From an uncultured Candidatus Entotheonella sp. (GTDB lineage Bacteria; Tectomicrobia; Entotheonellia; Entotheonellales; Entotheonellaceae), in NCBI GenBank assembly GCA_965217185.1, contig OZ244252.1, forward strand, positions 2,080,001 through 2,144,000: DNA of 64,000 bases, in the 5' to 3' direction. Position numbers and translations under genes: made by a program. How positions within the stretch are numbered: position 1 is the first letter of the stretch; each line of letters opens with the position of its first letter. The notes under the pieces are model-generated. The model was not told where the DNA came from and searched no databases. It saw nothing but the letters and a program-made list of their open reading frames with translations. Positions 63,457 to 64,000 of this stretch are shown one piece after another.

Positions 63457-64000
63457 GGGTCCTCGTCATCCCCGAAGACTCCCGCAAGGACAAGTTCATT
63501 CTGAAGCCGCTGTTCGAGTCCCTCTTTCGCTCCCCGGGCAAGTCGCGGACGCGTATCCGGGTGTGTGAAGACCCGGTGCTTGGCGGCGTCCGTGAAGCTC
63601 TGAAATCAAGCAACATGTCGGAGATCATAAGACGACAAGGCGGCATGACGCAGATATTCATCCTGTGCGTCGATCGCGACGGCGAGGCAGGGCGGCGTCA
63701 GAGGCTCCAGGAAATGGAGCAGGAGTTCGGGAATGCTCGGGTATTTCTCGCCGAGAACGCCTGGGAAGAGCTTGAAACCTGGGTTCTCGCGGGCCTTGAT
63801 CTGCCCGCGGACTGGGGCTGGCAGACGGTTCGAGCCGAGGTTCAGGTGAAGGAGACCTACTTCGATCCACTGGTCGAACGGCGCAGTTTATCGCGGGCGC
63901 CCGGCGGCGGTCGAAAGCTTTTGGCAGAGGAGGCGGCGCGCCGGATCACATCGATCCGGCAGAAATGTTCCGAGGATTTCGACGCCCTTGCCCGGCGTCT
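63453..64000 (+). CDS. ATPase partner protein (Toprim/DUF4276-like), runs off the right edge
   Basis: GTGA overlap; MRVLVIPED...ILCVDRDG...WEELETWVLAG; open to the window edge. Confidence 0.7.
   Translation, partial: MRVLVIPEDSRKDKFILKPLFESLFRSPGKSRTRIRVCEDPVLGGVREALKSSNMSEIIRRQGGMTQIFILCVDRDGEAGRRQRLQEMEQEFGNARVFLAENAWEELETWVLAGLDLPADWGWQTVRAEVQVKETYFDPLVERRSLSRAPGGGRKLLAEEAARRITSIRQKCSEDFDALARR

Overview
GC-rich bacterial chromosome window with housekeeping and metabolic blocks and two anti-phage defence islands. Left part: a partial conserved protein, a TRAP DctP, a transglutaminase / CP-ATP-grasp / alpha-E peptide-tagging operon, Ldh_2 and HAD enzymes, a glycine/sarcosine/betaine-reductase-like cluster (grdB-E-C-A), EVE, hpt, a penicillin acylase and a secreted amidase behind a sigma-54 promoter. 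Three selenoprotein genes are split or truncated in the ORF track: GrdB-like (UGA 11929), GrdA (UGA 15331) and a rhodanese (UGA 48982). Each UGA is followed by a 7-8 bp hairpin with a GGN triloop, a candidate SECIS signature. Island 1 (21.4-37.7 kb) is a type I R-M system (HTH-HsdM, HsdS, HsdR, M48 peptidase). Between hsdS and hsdR lies a TIR / SLOG / ThsB-like TIR / Nmad2 / MazG / UDG-like cassette, the best candidate for an undescribed defence system. Its second TIR is split by a decayed IS5 and Nmad2 is frameshifted at a G10 tract. The same interval holds a DUF3800-like remnant followed by two copies of a structured ~70-nt RNA-like repeat, a Fic gene and vapBC. Middle: BI-1, a metal-binding protein, an oxidoreductase, a CzcCBA-like RND pump, cytochrome c, SDR, the Sec-rhodanese, an FKBP and a CoA transferase. 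Island 2 (51-64 kb) has an HTH-SNF2-DUF3883 helicase, a small-protein / aspartic-protease cassette flanked by a duplicated helicase 3' end, an unknown 592-aa protein, a DUF1156 methyltransferase broken by IS481 and palindromic insertions, and an AAA ATPase with a partner gene. Several REP-like palindrome families are dispersed throughout. All family calls come from motif recognition; no database search was run.
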